This document shows, piece after piece, positions 46,253 through 56,062 of a DNA stretch of 64,000 nt. Source of the DNA: Firmicutes bacterium CAG:460 (GTDB taxonomy: Bacteria; Bacillota_I; Bacilli_A; RF39; UBA660). The DNA is taken from the NCBI GenBank assembly GCA_000437355.1, contig FR899764.1, positions 24,884 to 88,883 of the forward strand, written 5' to 3'. The stretch's first letter is position 1, and every line of letters starts with the position of its first letter. The notes beneath the pieces were generated by a model that was not told the origin of the DNA, did not search any database, and was given only the letters and a program-made list of their open reading frames with translations. Both the position numbers and the translations under genes were made by a program.

Positions 46253-46274
46253 GTTTTCCTCCTATAACAAAAAA

Positions 46275-46298
46275 GACACCAGGTTAAGTCCCTGGTGT
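46275..46298 (-). terminator. Hairpin plus T-run after the major tail gene (partial terminator)
   Basis: ACACCAGG-gacuuaa-CCUGGUGU followed by UUUUUU on the minus strand. The stop codon lies in the loop. Confidence 0.5.
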
Positions 46299-46907
46299 TA
46301 TTATTTTATCTAAATCAGCAGCAGAAGTAATAACTTGTGCAAAGAACTTATCTTCAGTCATTCCTTCAGGATATGAAGCCATTTCTGAATCTAAATAAAC
46401 ATACTTATTATTAGAACCGTCAAAAGAGTATGCTGTAATATTCACTGTAGATGTTTGTTCACTATATGATGTATCACTTGTAGACACTTCTTCACTATTT
46501 TCTGTTAATTTACATTTTGGATACCATTTAAGTGCTATCTTACCATCTTTTTTTATAACTGGATATCCACATGCAAAGTATGGTCTTGATGCTGAAGCGC
46601 CTCCCATAACTAATCCATTAGTATTAACTTTTTCACCTTTTGCAGTTGCTAAATCTGATGGATCAAAAGCTATAACCTCAACCTCTAAACCAATTGATGA
46701 TGTTTGTGAAACTTGATCATAATCTTCTCCAGAAGCACGAACTGTTGTTGTTTCACTTTCTGGGGTTACATTAACTTTTTTAATAATTGGAGATTTAACT
46801 ATTGTTTCATATGTTGATAAATCAAATTCTCCATTTTCATCTGGAGTGTTAAACGCATAATAAAACGCTCCAACTGTTTCTATAATTTTAGGCTTTTTTA
46901 CCTTCAT
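46284..46907 (-). CDS. Major tail protein
   Basis: 207 aa. Position (after the gp10-like gene, before the chaperone) and size fit siphovirus major tail proteins. Confidence 0.65.
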   Translation of the reverse strand: MKVKKPKIIETVGAFYYAFNTPDENGEFDLSTYETIVKSPIIKKVNVTPESETTTVRASGEDYDQVSQTSSIGLEVEVIAFDPSDLATAKGEKVNTNGLVMGGASASRPYFACGYPVIKKDGKIALKWYPKCKLTENSEEVSTSDTSYSEQTSTVNITAYSFDGSNNKYVYLDSEMASYPEGMTEDKFFAQVITSAADLDKIITPGT

Positions 46908-46920
46908 GTTTTTTTCCTCC

Positions 46921-47271
46921 TCAATATATTTTTTTAATCATTTTATTATAATATTTCTCTTTATTTTTATTAAATAAAGGTTCGAGATGAGATTGTTTTT
47001 TCATAAACTTAGTTCCATTTTCAACTAATGGTCCATAATAAACTCCCCATCCCACTTCTATTTGTCCCTTTTTGTGTTTGGATTTTTCATAAGAAAAAGA
47101 ATCAACCAAATGAGTATGCTTTGAACTATTAATATTAGATTTTGGTTTTGGTAACTTTAATGCATCATCAACAAATTCTTTTGCACCAATTTCTAATATT
47201 TCTTCTACATTATCAACATTTTTTAAGATATCTTTTAATTCGTTTTGCAATTCATTGAACCCGTCAAACAT
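46921..47271 (-). CDS. HK97 gp10-family tail-completion/neck protein
   Basis: EIGAKEFVDDALKLPKPKS...VYYGPLVENGT resembles the HK97 gp10 pattern. Confidence 0.55.
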   Translation of the reverse strand: MFDGFNELQNELKDILKNVDNVEEILEIGAKEFVDDALKLPKPKSNINSSKHTHLVDSFSYEKSKHKKGQIEVGWGVYYGPLVENGTKFMKKQSHLEPLFNKNKEKYYNKMIKKIY

Positions 47272-47602
47272 TAATTATATCTTCCAAAACATCCAAAGAA
47301 AAATAAGAATGCCAATGGCGATTCTTAGCAATATATTCGTGATAAACTTGAACAGGATAATTTTGTTCAAGCAATAATTTAATCAATTCTAACAATTTTT
47401 CACTTCTTGGTTTACCAGAAATAAACGATATCTGATAAGTAACAGTAAAAGAATAAGAACTTGAACTTGCTGGCAATGGAGTCCAAACATAATCCCAAAA
47501 GTTAATATGCTCAAATGAATCAGCATCATCATCCGACAAAATAGCTTCATTAAACGGAATATCAAGTTTTTGTAATGTCTCAATTAATTCCTTCTTTGTC
47601 AT
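47264..47602 (-). CDS. Head-tail joining module protein (unassigned)
   Basis: 112-aa ORF in the neck module. Overlapping starts and stops with its neighbours. Confidence 0.4.
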   Translation of the reverse strand: MTKKELIETLQKLDIPFNEAILSDDDADSFEHINFWDYVWTPLPASSSSYSFTVTYQISFISGKPRSEKLLELIKLLLEQNYPVQVYHEYIAKNRHWHSYFSLDVLEDIINV

Positions 47603-47984
47603 TATTTTCCTCCTTTATGATTGGATTTTTATAAGTTGTTAATGTTAATCGAGTTTGTAAAAATCCCTCTTCATTTCTAAAATGATAAGCATTATAAACT
47701 TTATAAAATAAAGTATTTTCTTTTAGCACGCACAATGGTGTAATACTTTTATCTTGAGGTATTAATACTTTTTTCGAAATATCAATATCTCTCGAATTCA
47801 TTTCATATTTCAAAACATCTCCAAAACTAAGTTCAGAATAAGTTATCTTTTTATTTCTAGTTTTCAAATACTCTGTAGGATAAACAGTTTTATCTTGCAA
47901 TATATCAAATATTTCAAATTGTCCATCACGATAAGTCGGAGTCTTTGTTATATTTAATTTGTAAGTCATACAAATCTCCTGCAT
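47580..47984 (-). CDS. Head closure / head-tail adaptor protein
   Basis: Size and position after the gp6-like connector. Confidence 0.45.
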   Translation of the reverse strand: MQEICMTYKLNITKTPTYRDGQFEIFDILQDKTVYPTEYLKTRNKKITYSELSFGDVLKYEMNSRDIDISKKVLIPQDKSITPLCVLKENTLFYKVYNAYHFRNEEGFLQTRLTLTTYKNPIIKEENNDKEGIN

Positions 47985-48204
47985 AAATTTCTCTGAATTC
48001 AGCTAAACGAAAAGTTGAAGCATATAAATAATAACTTTTAATGAAAGATCTTGCAGTTAAATCATTTACATAATCAATTTTTTTCCCAACCTTTGCATTT
48101 GTATCATAAATAGCCTCTTTTACAATTGTTAGAATTGTTTCATCTTTAACAAAATAAGGGACATTTTGTTCGTCCCTTATCTCTTGCATTAAATCTTTTT
48201 CCAT
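47926..48204 (-). CDS. gp6-like head-tail connector protein
   Basis: 92 aa. Position downstream of the capsid gene. Confidence 0.45.
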   Translation of the reverse strand: MEKDLMQEIRDEQNVPYFVKDETILTIVKEAIYDTNAKVGKKIDYVNDLTARSFIKSYYLYASTFRLAEFREIYAGDLYDLQIKYNKDSDLS

Positions 48205-48206
48205 AA

Positions 48207-48488
48207 TTATATATTATTGCTGTTTTTCTTATTAGAATGCTTAGTTTTATCAATATTATCAATTTCTTCATTTTCTTCTTCAAAATCAAGAATAACAATA
48301 TTTAACATTTTAACTTCATCTTCAGTTAATTCACGAATTACAGGTTCTTTAAAATTATTAGTATCAGATTTTAGTTCTAAAGCTCTTTCTTCATCTATTT
48401 CTTTTAAGCAATAAGGATAAAAATCATTTTCATTATAAATATGATTGCTATCTTTTAAATCTCTAAATTTTTTTATAACTATATACAT
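48207..48488 (-). CDS. Hypothetical phage head-module protein
   Basis: 93-aa ORF directly after the major capsid gene. Confidence 0.4.
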   Translation of the reverse strand: MYIVIKKFRDLKDSNHIYNENDFYPYCLKEIDEERALELKSDTNNFKEPVIRELTEDEVKMLNIVILDFEEENEEIDNIDKTKHSNKKNSNNI

Positions 48489-48489
48489 A

Positions 48490-49656
48490 TTAAACTCCTG
48501 GTGTTTGGTTTGTTGATGATGATGTTGCTGGAGTACTATTTACTTCCTTATAAACTGGAATATATTCTTCTAGTTTAGTTACATCAAATGGAACAGCTAC
48601 TGAATCATCAACTGCTTTACCATTTGCATAAATTTTTGCAATAATTACATCAGCATCATCTAACGCTTTTGTTTGATCATACTCATTTATTTGCATGCTA
48701 CTAATACCCATTGTATATTTTCCTGGAATAGTAAATATTGCTTTTCCTTGAGTATTTTGCGTTGATGTAATAACAGTTAAATTTTTATAAGAACTGATAT
48801 TCCTTCCTTCTCTATCATATAAAGCTGGAGCAACATAGTCAGCTTCATCTGCTGGATTACATATTAAGAATATTTTATCATAGACTCTTTTTCCACTATT
48901 AGAAAGTGTTTTTTTAACTGTTGCTAGTCCTTTAGGTGTAAAATTAGTAATTGTACTTAAAACAGTTTTTGCTGCGTGAGTTCCATTTGATTCAACAGTA
49001 TTCGTTTTATTATAAATACCAATTGGAGCCCCTACACCATTACCATTTAAATATCCAGCTTCAAGGCCTTCATTAATTGTTTGAGTTAAAATAGCAATAA
49101 AATATTTATCAATAAATTCATAAGATAATTCTCTTATAGCTTTTGGAATAATTAAATAAGCAGATAGTTTATCAACATCTAAATTTAATCCAGTTATCGT
49201 TGCTGATAATTGTGCAGAAAGTGCAGCATCTAATTTACCCCATGCAAATGTACCAGATTTTTCTGAAGATAACCATTTTTTCACTCCAGCTGGAGCAAAA
49301 TCAATAAGACCACTAGTAATCAATTCAGAACTTTCTTTTACATTTTCTAGCATAACATTAATAATGCTAGTTGGAATAATATCAATTTGTGATGCAGTAA
49401 TTGCTTGCTTAACATCCTTTAATTTTTCATAAAAATCTTTTTCATTTTGACTAAGATTTCTTAATCCTAACTTACTCTTTAAATTAACATCATTATTTAA
49501 AGTTTCTTGTTGGCTAATTAATTCATTTACCAACTCTTCATTTTTGGCAGTTATGATTTTATCCATAACATCGACAATAGCACTAGCTTTGTCATTAGAT
49601 TTTTGAAGAATTTCTAAAGCTTCTTCACGAACTTTTTCCATATTTTTTGAAAACAT
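48490..49656 (-). CDS. Major capsid protein, HK97 family
   Basis: ~388 aa with an N-terminal coiled-coil delta-like region followed by a capsid fold region. Follows the prohead protease. Confidence 0.8.
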   Translation of the reverse strand: MFSKNMEKVREEALEILQKSNDKASAIVDVMDKIITAKNEELVNELISQQETLNNDVNLKSKLGLRNLSQNEKDFYEKLKDVKQAITASQIDIIPTSIINVMLENVKESSELITSGLIDFAPAGVKKWLSSEKSGTFAWGKLDAALSAQLSATITGLNLDVDKLSAYLIIPKAIRELSYEFIDKYFIAILTQTINEGLEAGYLNGNGVGAPIGIYNKTNTVESNGTHAAKTVLSTITNFTPKGLATVKKTLSNSGKRVYDKIFLICNPADEADYVAPALYDREGRNISSYKNLTVITSTQNTQGKAIFTIPGKYTMGISSMQINEYDQTKALDDADVIIAKIYANGKAVDDSVAVPFDVTKLEEYIPVYKEVNSTPATSSSTNQTPGV

Positions 49657-49673
49657 TTTTTCATTCCTCCTAT

Positions 49674-50402
49674 TTAAAAAAAATCTTGCCATGGATCAGC
49701 AGATTTTTCTGTTATATTTTCTTTAATTTTTTTATTCAATTTATAATTTTCATTTTCTAACATTTGAATTTTATCTACTAATTTTTTTACAAAATTAGAT
49801 TCAATAGATTGTTTTGCTGCATCATCTTTATTCAAAGTTGTTGCAAAACCATATTCAAATGCTTGAGTTGAATTAATCCAGGTTTCTTTATCCATCATAT
49901 CTTTCAACTGTTCTTTAGATAATTTTGTTTTACTTGCATAAATTTCTAAAGAAGGAGATGTAATGATTTCTAAATCTTCCGCAGCTTTTTTCAGTGCATT
50001 ACTATCACCTTCGGCAATACTCCATGCATTATGAATCATAATTAATCCTGATTCTGGAACAATTCTTTCTTTACCAGCCATAAATATTACTGATGCTGCA
50101 GAACAAGCAAAACCATCAACTTTTGTTATGACATTTAATCCACAATCATTTAACAATGAATATATTGCCAATGCTTCTGAAACACTACCACCATAAGAAT
50201 TGATTCTTACTGTAAGATTTGGTGTATCTACTTCTTTTAATGCTTCTGAAAAAGACAAAGCATCTGTCCTTGCTGGATCATCACAATCTAACCATCTTTC
50301 AAATAAATCTGGCTTTCTAATATCTCCATAAATATACAAATCTGTGTTATTATCATCAGTTTTTATGAATTGCATATACTTATTATTTTTCATCGTTATC
50401 AC
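49674..50402 (-). CDS. Prohead (head maturation) serine protease, ClpP/S49-like
   Basis: INSYGGSV...GFACSAASVIFMAG...MIHNAW matches Clp-type phage proteases. Confidence 0.8.
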   Translation of the reverse strand: MITMKNNKYMQFIKTDDNNTDLYIYGDIRKPDLFERWLDCDDPARTDALSFSEALKEVDTPNLTVRINSYGGSVSEALAIYSLLNDCGLNVITKVDGFACSAASVIFMAGKERIVPESGLIMIHNAWSIAEGDSNALKKAAEDLEIITSPSLEIYASKTKLSKEQLKDMMDKETWINSTQAFEYGFATTLNKDDAAKQSIESNFVKKLVDKIQMLENENYKLNKKIKENITEKSADPWQDFF

Positions 50403-51555
50403 CTCCCTTCATTGAACCATAATTTTTAGTAACATATGATTCATCAGCCCATGGCTCTAAAATCCTATCCAAATCCAAAAATTTTCTTATATCATTCTGA
50501 GTAAATCCATTTGAAAATAATTTGTCAATTGATGTTGCATTGCTAATAGCATCATGATATATAAGACTATATCTATTAAATCTTATATAACCATCTTTAA
50601 ATGCTTTTTCTTTAAATATAGCACTATTTAATTCATCTTCAATTTGAACTAAAATAGGCATTATACAATAACTAATAAAATCTTCATCTGATGAAGATTT
50701 TTCTGTCTTTGTCTTATTAAAAATATCTTGTGGAATATCAAATACAGCAGCAACCTCATTACTCCATTTATCTAATAACTGAATGTAGTCATTAGAGCTT
50801 TTTCTTTCTCCATTATCAACTTTAGTAACATTTACTTTTTCAGATAACAAAACAGCACCATCATTTTCATCAAATAAACTATTTAATATTTTACTTTTGT
50901 ATTCATCATAACTAATTTCTTTTTTTGCTATAGTATCATATATAGCTGGTTGAGAACCGGGAATCTTCATAAAATACTTTAAAGAATTTGATATTATATA
51001 TTGTTTTCTTGCTGTTTCAATTAGAGGGCCATAATCAGCATAAAAGCTTTGAAGAAACTTTTGGATCTTCTTACTTGTTACTTTCAAATGAATGACATCA
51101 CTAGCTTTAAAAGTTTTATTAATCGAAAGTATATTTCCGTTAGGCAATTTTAATTTTATATTAGAATATGTATTCTCCGATATTATATTATTGGTATAAA
51201 CAAAATCATCAACCAGATATAGTTTATTATTTATTTCAATAATTAATGCTTCGCCCTCAGTCAAATATTTGTGAATAACATTATATTTAAAATTAGTTGA
51301 GTTTTCGTTGGCATTTGGTCTTACATTCATAACATATCGCAACTCACCATCATCTTCTTTGAACTTTTTAGTATTTAAATCGTATTTATAAATATCTAAT
51401 TTGATTTTTGAAATATAAGAAGCTATTATATCAACAGCTTTTTCAAGAGACTTATGATAAATTGATTGTTGTTTTTGTTTTTGACTTAAAAGATAGTCAA
51501 AAAAATCTATCACTTCAGTCGTTTTTGAATTCTTTATGAAATTAAACTTAAACAT
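50383..51555 (-). CDS. Portal protein (HK97 family)
   Basis: 390 aa between terL and the protease gene. Confidence 0.75.
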   Translation of the reverse strand: MFKFNFIKNSKTTEVIDFFDYLLSQKQKQQSIYHKSLEKAVDIIASYISKIKLDIYKYDLNTKKFKEDDGELRYVMNVRPNANENSTNFKYNVIHKYLTEGEALIIEINNKLYLVDDFVYTNNIISENTYSNIKLKLPNGNILSINKTFKASDVIHLKVTSKKIQKFLQSFYADYGPLIETARKQYIISNSLKYFMKIPGSQPAIYDTIAKKEISYDEYKSKILNSLFDENDGAVLLSEKVNVTKVDNGERKSSNDYIQLLDKWSNEVAAVFDIPQDIFNKTKTEKSSSDEDFISYCIMPILVQIEDELNSAIFKEKAFKDGYIRFNRYSLIYHDAISNATSIDKLFSNGFTQNDIRKFLDLDRILEPWADESYVTKNYGSMKGGDNDEK

Positions 51556-51570
51556 TTTTTCACCTCCTAA

Positions 51571-53229
51571 CTAAATATAAATTATTTCCTCCTCTAATAA
51601 ATCACTTTGAGAAAAAGCTCCGACAAATGCCATAAATGGATCATTTTTTCTTAGTTTTGGTTCTATTTTCTCATATTTTTTATTGCCATCTCGACAATCC
51701 TTTATGGAAGTATTATTGATTGCCCATCTCATTAATGCCGAATTTCCAATATTAACATTTCCTTGAGTAAATTCTAATTCGATTTTTGGGGCAACAATAG
51801 CTGCCATACTAGCTGGATATCTAACCATTCGTATTAATCCGTCTGGATTTGTTTTAGATTCTATATCAGTTATTCCTTTATTAGCAAAAGCTTGTTTTAA
51901 CAATTGAAATCTATAACTATCCAATACAATTTTTACAATTCTATATTTTCCTACTAAATTAATAACTTCATTTACTATAAATTCCGCATCAATTGAGGTA
52001 TTAACAATTTCATAATCTTGAAAACCATTTTGACCATAATTTTTAAATGGAAACTTTATGTCTTTAAAAAATTTATTTTTACTAGATATGAAAGTTTTAC
52101 ATCGCCATATGTATTCTCCCTTTATTTTAAATAAAACTCCTACTGATGCAAAATCATTAAATGAAGCAAAATCTATTCCGATTATTGCTTTTTTACCATT
52201 CAGATCCGGGCAATCTCTTACAATTTTATTTTTTATATCTTTAAAGGAAGATTTTAATATGGTTTCCCAATCTAAAACACAATCTTCAGAAAATTGTTGA
52301 GGCAAATTCATTCTTTTAGCAAGAAATTCATTTCGTTTTGAAGGACTTATTTTTTGTTCATAGTAGTCCGTTTCAATAGCATCCCTTAAAATTGGCATAT
52401 AGTCTATACTAGGATTTGCCTGAATCCATTTTTTGGGATTATCAACTAAATCTTCGGAATCAAGTTTACAAATAAATGGAAAATATTTAATAGTGTTATC
52501 CTCACCATTTAGAATTGTTTTACATGTATCTTTCAATTCATCCAACGGACCTTCTCTTGTTTGTCCATCGGATGTAATTATAATTACTCTACCATGTTTC
52601 TTTTTTCCAATCCCACTTATATTTGTATTAGCATTTTTTTCATTTTGGTAAGCATGATATTCATTCATAATTACCATGCCAGGTTTCTTACCATCTGCAG
52701 TAGTGGAATTAGATGTTAAAAATCTAAATTTTGACAAAGTAGCTCGATTAAGTATTTCAGTCTTATTCCAATAAAAATGCTTTAACATTTTATTTTTATT
52801 TTGCTCAAGCATATTATAAGCTACTAGAAAACTATCTTTTGCTTGACTTTCACTAGTAGCAATAACATCCACATCATAACTAGGAATATTATATAATTCA
52901 CTAGTAAAATACAAAGCAATTGGTATAATCCATCCATCTTTACCATTTCCTCTTCCCATCATAATTACAAATGTTCTAAAAACTACATTATCGTCTTTAT
53001 ATAAAAACATAAATGCAGTTACAAATTTTTGATAAGGATAAAATGGGTAAAACCATAATTCACAGAACTTTAAACATCTATAATATCCATCCGCATCAAA
53101 AACAATGTCAGTTCTCTTTAATGTAGGCTTAACTATATTTTCTATTAACAGAATGCGTTCTTCATTAAAAAGTTCTTTATTGTTTTCATAATAATCCAAA
53201 TAATCATAGATCTCTTTGCAATAGATCAT
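51571..53229 (-). CDS. terL: Terminase large subunit
   Basis: 552 aa. Walker A-like MMGRGNGKDG, an ATPase and a C-terminal nuclease region. Position after terS. Confidence 0.85.
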   Translation of the reverse strand: MIYCKEIYDYLDYYENNKELFNEERILLIENIVKPTLKRTDIVFDADGYYRCLKFCELWFYPFYPYQKFVTAFMFLYKDDNVVFRTFVIMMGRGNGKDGWIIPIALYFTSELYNIPSYDVDVIATSESQAKDSFLVAYNMLEQNKNKMLKHFYWNKTEILNRATLSKFRFLTSNSTTADGKKPGMVIMNEYHAYQNEKNANTNISGIGKKKHGRVIIITSDGQTREGPLDELKDTCKTILNGEDNTIKYFPFICKLDSEDLVDNPKKWIQANPSIDYMPILRDAIETDYYEQKISPSKRNEFLAKRMNLPQQFSEDCVLDWETILKSSFKDIKNKIVRDCPDLNGKKAIIGIDFASFNDFASVGVLFKIKGEYIWRCKTFISSKNKFFKDIKFPFKNYGQNGFQDYEIVNTSIDAEFIVNEVINLVGKYRIVKIVLDSYRFQLLKQAFANKGITDIESKTNPDGLIRMVRYPASMAAIVAPKIELEFTQGNVNIGNSALMRWAINNTSIKDCRDGNKKYEKIEPKLRKNDPFMAFVGAFSQSDLLEEEIIYI

Positions 53230-53572
53230 TGGCGTCTACTTTTCCTTTACCAACTGGACTAGGAATAGATGGTTCTTGTAAATTCAAATCACTAAGTATT
53301 TTTAACATTTGAGCATTTACTTTAATAAGATTTTGTACCGATTCGTTAGGCTTAGTACTAGATATTCCATTACCATTGGTTGTTTCGTATCTTAGTCCTG
53401 AACTTTTTATGTCTTTTTGCAATTTATATTTAAGTTCCCAAAAATAAATATAATCTTCAATAAGATCATAATAATATTTACCTAATTTTCCATTAGTAAA
53501 AAGTTGATTACTTAAATCGGTATATATCAACTCTTTAATTTCTTTTTTAGACAATTTATCACTTTTTGACAT
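53204..53572 (-). CDS. terS: Terminase small subunit (P27-like)
   Basis: Start at ATG 53572 (MSKSDKLSKKEIKEL) after GGGGTGG. The track N-terminal extension covers a noncoding GC-rich element. Confidence 0.6.
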   Translation of the reverse strand: MSKSDKLSKKEIKELIYTDLSNQLFTNGKLGKYYYDLIEDYIYFWELKYKLQKDIKSSGLRYETTNGNGISSTKPNESVQNLIKVNAQMLKILSDLNLQEPSIPSPVGKGKVDANDLLQRDL

Positions 53573-53639
53573 TTTTACCACCCCATTTTTAAATAGATAC
53601 CCCTTATCACATACGAAAAAGTCGTTTTTTTTGAACAGT

Positions 53640-53700
53640 CGTGACCACAACCCCGTTCTCCTTAGCAGGGATTCTCCCTTATTTTTTGACGGGGGGTCTT
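53640..53700. other. GC-rich dyad element in the hnh-terS intergenic region (cos-site candidate)
   Basis: CCCCGT (53651-53656) pairs with ACGGGG (53689-53694). These enclose AGGGAttcTCCCT and a G6 run. The location matches the cos position in HNH-dependent cos phages. Confidence 0.4.
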
Positions 53701-53730
53701 TCAATAAAAAAATGATAAACAATTCATTAT

Positions 53731-54069
53731 TTACCATTTTTCTTCATTTTTATATCTTTTTTTAGTATTATTTAATTGTTTTTTTCTTTCTTCTATGATT
53801 TCATGAGCTTCAAAAGAAAGCGATATTAGATTATTCATATCTAATGCTAAGTCAGGTCTTTCTTTTAATGGTTTAATATGATGCACATATTTCGCTCTCT
53901 TCAATAATATCTTTTCTGGAAAATGCTTTCCATCATTCCATCTACCTAAAAAAAATTGACATTCATAATGATCTCTTTTGAGTACTTTCTCTCGTATTAT
54001 CTTCCAATCAGTAGAATTATAAAAAAGTTTCGAATTACCTTTTCTTATTTCATCTTGCCAATCATACAC
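53731..54069 (-). CDS. HNH endonuclease (terminase-associated)
   Basis: YECQF...HHIKPL...NLISLSFEAHEIIE HNH motif, adjacent to terS. Confidence 0.8.
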   Translation of the reverse strand: MYDWQDEIRKGNSKLFYNSTDWKIIREKVLKRDHYECQFFLGRWNDGKHFPEKILLKRAKYVHHIKPLKERPDLALDMNNLISLSFEAHEIIEERKKQLNNTKKRYKNEEKW

Positions 54070-54228
54070 TCTTCTGCGTTTTCTTCTTTATGTCATCACT
54101 CAACACCTCACAAAAAAAGAATCAGATATCTTTTCGACTATCTAATTCATTTTATCATATTCTATCATATTATTTTTGTATTGTAAATTTCAATGTTTTC
54201 GCTATCATTTTCGCATAGACATTTAAAT

Positions 54229-54801
54229 TTAAGAAAGCAATGAGTCAATAAATAAACCTGGAAACAATTCGATTTTAATATGATTTACTGCATCATCTAA
54301 CTTTCTATAACATGTTGAGATATCATAATTTAATTCTAAAGAAATTGAATTCATATTGTTTTTATCTAAATAAAATTTTTTAATGATGTTTCTTTCAATT
54401 TCAGATAAATCATTTATTATTTCTAAAACACTTGCTTTAAATTCTGTTATTTTTGCAATAGTCTGATACAAATCTATTATTCTATTATTTATAACATCCA
54501 AATTATTCGTAGGTAAACCAAAACTTGATTCAACACTAGATATTTTAAATTTTGGTGAATCTATTTTATTTTTCGCCTTCTGTAATCTCTTTATTTCTTT
54601 TTGATAGTTTGAAATAGCTTTATCTAATCTTGACATATTCTTTAATAAATTCTTTGTTGCATAAAATGGATCCTGAACAGGTTTAATTATTTTCAAATTA
54701 ACTAGTTCTTTAATTATAAATGATGATACATCTTTTTTTAAAATATAATCTTTTTTTATTTTATTTTTTAATTCTTCATTTTCTTTTTCAATATTATTCA
54801 T
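54229..54801 (-). CDS. Late-gene transcriptional regulator candidate (sigma region-4-like / ArpU-RinA-like)
   Basis: The C-terminus LSEIERNIIKKFYLDKNNMNSISLELNYDISTCYRKLDDAV resembles a sigma-70 region 4 HTH. It is the last early gene before the packaging module. Confidence 0.4.
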   Translation of the reverse strand: MNNIEKENEELKNKIKKDYILKKDVSSFIIKELVNLKIIKPVQDPFYATKNLLKNMSRLDKAISNYQKEIKRLQKAKNKIDSPKFKISSVESSFGLPTNNLDVINNRIIDLYQTIAKITEFKASVLEIINDLSEIERNIIKKFYLDKNNMNSISLELNYDISTCYRKLDDAVNHIKIELFPGLFIDSLLS

Positions 54802-55022
54802 TCTTTCTCCTTCTTATAATTTAAAAATAAAATGCTAAATAAAGTTATCCACAACATTCTAAATATTATTGCTAATAATCCGAAAAAGATTAAAACAATT
54901 ATATTATGCACTATATTATTTATTTTTAATTTCTTTATTATTAATTCCATTATTAACAGTAGTAATAAAGTTATTAATGCATAATCAGCTAGATTATAAC
55001 TTTGGTTCGCAACTACAATCAT
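54798..55022 (-). CDS. Small phage membrane protein
   Basis: 74 aa, two hydrophobic helices. Confidence 0.4.
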   Translation of the reverse strand: MIVVANQSYNLADYALITLLLLLIMELIIKKLKINNIVHNIIVLIFFGLLAIIFRMLWITLFSILFLNYKKEKE

Positions 55023-55192
55023 TATTTATTCACCACTTTTTTCATCTCCCTTTTTTCATTATTAAAAACTTTACAAAGTCCCATAAACTGACAAGTTTTC
55101 ATATATAGTCTTTTTCATATACTTTTCTTTGATTTTTATTAACAAAGATTATATTTTTATTTTTAAAAAACTTGCATTAATTTTTATTTTCG

Positions 55193-55420
55193 TTATTTAG
55201 CCTTTATTGACGTTGGAACTTGTATAAACAATATACTAAACAAAGCTAACCACCATTTTTCAAAAAATATAGCAAGTCCACCCCAAATTAACATATTAAT
55301 GATATTTGCAAACATACATATTATATATATCTTCATTGCATACTTTTCTAATTTTTGTAAATCCACATTATAATCCAACATTATTATCACCTTCAATCTA
55401 TATCTCTTTTCTCTAACCAT
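55193..55420 (-). CDS. Small phage membrane protein
   Basis: 75 aa, two hydrophobic helices. Confidence 0.4.
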   Translation of the reverse strand: MVREKRYRLKVIIMLDYNVDLQKLEKYAMKIYIICMFANIINMLIWGGLAIFFEKWWLALFSILFIQVPTSIKAK

Positions 55421-55659
55421 TTATATAATTTTTTTAAATCTTCTTTTGTTTCGATTCTAAAAGATTTATCTTTTCCACTTTGTCTAGTTTTTAAATAAAA
55501 TATAATTCCATCTCTTGTGTCTAAAGTAAACCATAATTTAAAATCTAAATATTTTGGCATTTTTCTATTTTCCATAAATGCTGAACAATTTTTCCAGGAA
55601 TTATGTTCCATTATATAATCAATTAAATCTTTTAAATCTTGACTATTCATTACTATCAC
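55393..55659 (-). CDS. Hypothetical phage protein
   Basis: 88-aa ORF in the co-directional early operon. Confidence 0.45.
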   Translation of the reverse strand: MIVMNSQDLKDLIDYIMEHNSWKNCSAFMENRKMPKYLDFKLWFTLDTRDGIIFYLKTRQSGKDKSFRIETKEDLKKLYKWLEKRDID

Positions 55660-56041
55660 CTTTTTCTAACAAACAAGCATATTTATTTGATATTCTAACT
55701 AATTCATTAATTTTCTTTTGTAATATATCATTTGGATAACAATATTTATCATCTAATTCTTCTATCCTTTCTGGTTCTTTATATTTAATATCTGTATCAT
55801 GTTTTGTTGATACCACATAACACTCTAAAGTATCATCATTCCAAAAGTGTCTGTCATATAATTCTGCTGTATTTTGATATTCTTCTGAATGATTTAATAC
55901 AAATATATCTTCACAAATAGTTGTTATAGTTCCGAAATAAATTTTATTATTATATTCTCCCAAAACATATAATCTTCCGTATTCATCTTCCTTAGCCTGT
56001 TCCAACATTTTTATAAATTTTTCTTTATTCATCATTATCAC
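55643..56041 (-). CDS. Hypothetical phage protein
   Basis: 132-aa ORF in the co-directional early operon. Confidence 0.45.
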   Translation of the reverse strand: MIMMNKEKFIKMLEQAKEDEYGRLYVLGEYNNKIYFGTITTICEDIFVLNHSEEYQNTAELYDRHFWNDDTLECYVVSTKHDTDIKYKEPERIEELDDKYCYPNDILQKKINELVRISNKYACLLEKGDSNE

Positions 56042-56062
56042 TTCCTTACTATAATTTTTGCA

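Noticed and set aside
53573-53737. 55-codon N-terminal extension of the terS ORF
   Set aside because: The internal ATG at 53572 has a GGGGTGG SD. The extension is the GC-rich dyad element and overlaps the HNH gene end.
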